Shown here one piece after another: positions 62,378 through 64,000 of a DNA stretch of 64,000 nucleotides. The translations under genes and the position numbers were made by a program. This DNA comes from an uncultured Acidimicrobiales bacterium (GTDB taxonomy: Bacteria; Actinomycetota; Acidimicrobiia; Acidimicrobiales; SZUA-35). Numbering within the stretch: the stretch's first letter is position 1; each line of letters starts with the position of its first letter. Below the pieces are notes generated by a model. That model was not told the DNA's origin. It was given only the letters and a program-made list of their open reading frames with translations, and searched no databases. Location: NCBI GenBank assembly GCA_963700755.1, contig CAVOYW010000008.1:141318-205317 (forward strand), given 5' to 3'.

Positions 62378-62862
62378 ACGTCACGATGACCGTCAACGGT
62401 GACGAGGTCACCCGAGACATCGAGGCCCGCACCCTGCTGGTGCACTTCATCCGGGACCACCTCGGACTGACCGGGACTCACTGGGGTTGCGACACGTCCA
62501 ACTGCGGTACCTGTGTCGTCTGGATCGACGAGGAACCCGTGAAGAGCTGCACCACACTCGCCGCGATGGCAGGTGGCCATCGGGTCCGAACGGTCGAAGG
62601 ACTCGAGGTCGACGGGGTGCTGGACCCGGTGCAGGAGGGCTTCATGCAGTGCCACGGCCTGCAGTGCGGCTTCTGCACGCCGGGGATGCTCATGACTGCC
62701 CGGGCGCTCCTCGACCGCAACCCCGATCCGAGCGAACACGAGATCCGAGAAGCCATCAGCGGCCAGATCTGCCGATGCACCGGCTACTCCACGATCATCC
62801 GCTCGATCCAGTGGGCGGCAGCCAAGGAAACCTCCGTCAGCCTGTCGGGAGCAAACGCATGA
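62374..62862 (+). CDS. coxS: [2Fe-2S]-binding (small) subunit, CoxS-like
   Basis: The protein has the CDTSNCGTCVV and CGFCTPGM cluster motifs. There are ATGA overlaps at both ends. Confidence 0.9.
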   Translation: MNVTMTVNGDEVTRDIEARTLLVHFIRDHLGLTGTHWGCDTSNCGTCVVWIDEEPVKSCTTLAAMAGGHRVRTVEGLEVDGVLDPVQEGFMQCHGLQCGFCTPGMLMTARALLDRNPDPSEHEIREAISGQICRCTGYSTIIRSIQWAAAKETSVSLSGANA

Positions 62863-64000
62863 CCGTCACCCAACCGCCCCCCGGGAACGCCAACCTCGTC
62901 CCCACCCCCGACGACAACCTCAACGACCACAAGCCCGTCGGCTACGGCCGCATGCTCCGCAAGGAAGACCCCCGGCTGGTCCGCGGCATGGGCCAGTTCT
63001 GCGACGACGTCCAACTGCCCGGCATGTTGCATCTGGCCATCCTGCGATCACCATTCGCGCATGCGAAGATCCTGAGCATCGACACGTCGGCGGCGAAGGC
63101 CCACCCGAAGGTCAAAGCCGTCATCACCGGCGCCGACCTGGCCGAACAAGGCCTGGCCTGGATGCCGACGCTGTCCAACGACGTCCAGGCCGTCCTGGCC
63201 ACCGACAAGGTCCGGTTCGCTCACCAGGAGGTCGCCTTCGTCGTCGCCGAGGACCGCTACTCGGCCCGCGACGCGCTCGAACTCATCGACGTCGAGTACG
63301 AACGACTCGAACCGGTCATCGACGTGCGCAAGGCCCTTGCTCCGGATGCGCCCATCATCCGTGACGACCTCGCCGGCAAGACCGACAACCACTGCTTCTC
63401 GTGGGAGACCGGCGACGCCGCAGCCACCGAAGCCGTCTTCGCCGACGCCGAGGTCGTGGTCAGTCAGGACATCGTCTACCCCCGGGTCCACCCGGCCCCG
63501 ATGGAGACCTGCGGTTGTGTCGCCGACTTCGAACGGGTCAGCGGCAAGCTCACCCTGTGGAGCACCACCCAGGCACCCCACGCCCATCGCACCGTCTACG
63601 CGTTGGTTGCCGGACTCCCCGAACACAAGATCCGCATCATCGCTCCCGACATCGGTGGCGGGTTCGGCAACAAGGTTCCGATCTACCCGGGCTATGTCTG
63701 CGCCATCGTCGCCTCGCTCGTCATCGGCAAGCCGGTGAAGTGGATGGAGGACAGAACCGAGAACCTGGTGAGTACCGGCTTCGCCCGTGACTACGTGATG
63801 CGGGGTGAGATCGCCGCATCGAAGGACGGCCGGATCCGCGCCATTCGCACCCAGGTGCTCGCCGACCACGGGGCATTCAACGGTACCGCGGCGCCCGTCA
63901 AGTACCCGGCCGGCTTCTTCGGGGTCTTCACCGGCAGCTATGACATCGAGGCGGCCTACGCCGGCATGGAGGCGGTGTACACCAACAAGGCCCCCGGCGG
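62859..64000 (+). CDS. coxL: molybdopterin-binding large subunit, CoxL-like (3' end outside window)
   Basis: The sequence contains MTVTQPP...VGYGRMLRKEDPRLVRG...IGGGFGNK...AVYTNKAPGG. It is open to the window end, and the active-site loop lies just beyond it. Confidence 0.85.
   Translation, partial: MTVTQPPPGNANLVPTPDDNLNDHKPVGYGRMLRKEDPRLVRGMGQFCDDVQLPGMLHLAILRSPFAHAKILSIDTSAAKAHPKVKAVITGADLAEQGLAWMPTLSNDVQAVLATDKVRFAHQEVAFVVAEDRYSARDALELIDVEYERLEPVIDVRKALAPDAPIIRDDLAGKTDNHCFSWETGDAAATEAVFADAEVVVSQDIVYPRVHPAPMETCGCVADFERVSGKLTLWSTTQAPHAHRTVYALVAGLPEHKIRIIAPDIGGGFGNKVPIYPGYVCAIVASLVIGKPVKWMEDRTENLVSTGFARDYVMRGEIAASKDGRIRAIRTQVLADHGAFNGTAAPVKYPAGFFGVFTGSYDIEAAYAGMEAVYTNKAPG

Noticed and set aside
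1-64000. Mobile elements, prophage, integrative islands or defence systems.
   Set aside because: I found no transposase, integrase, recombinase, phage structural, restriction-modification, toxin-antitoxin (type II) or nuclease/NTPase defence signatures. There are no flanking tRNA or long inverted repeats. Gene content is housekeeping with conserved actinobacterial synteny.

Overview
This is a visibly high-GC chromosomal core segment of actinobacterial type. The gene content and order look Actinobacteria/Acidimicrobiia-like: carD, galE, nrdJ, nrdR-LysM-lexA, hrpB, dapE-dapD-dapC, hflX-dapF-miaA, ino1, miaB, pgl-glk-gnd, recA and coxMSL. I can support about 62 protein-coding genes. I recognised no rRNA or tRNA genes, CRISPR arrays, transposases, integrases, phage genes or known defence genes, so most of the window is housekeeping.

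Observations not explained by ordinary annotation:
1. A tandemly duplicated cassette lies directly upstream of a membrane GGDEF-EAL/DUF5317 operon. Each copy has a conserved leader, a 38- or 32-aa hydrophobic peptide gene and a matching hairpin. The peptide genes are too short for the ORF track. This is the best candidate for something undescribed.
2. A 26-bp minisatellite at the hflX-dapC junction builds a chain of ATGA-coupled 9-codon mini-ORFs, which is MIRU-like.
3. A perfect 62-bp tandem duplication carries the 3' ends of two convergent genes.
4. At least ten reading-frame-breaking indels occur in otherwise well conserved genes. Six of them cluster in recA and the first 180 nt of the next gene. 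This points to assembly or sequencing error, or less likely real decay, and must be resolved before any pseudogene claim.
5. SOS (LexA) boxes are present, including one overlapping the promoter of an apparently leaderless lipoprotein gene divergent from recA.
6. A roughly 390-bp highly structured intergenic region lies next to the nrdJ promoter, and I could not assign it to any RNA family.

All functional calls come from motif and family recognition by eye. No searches were run.
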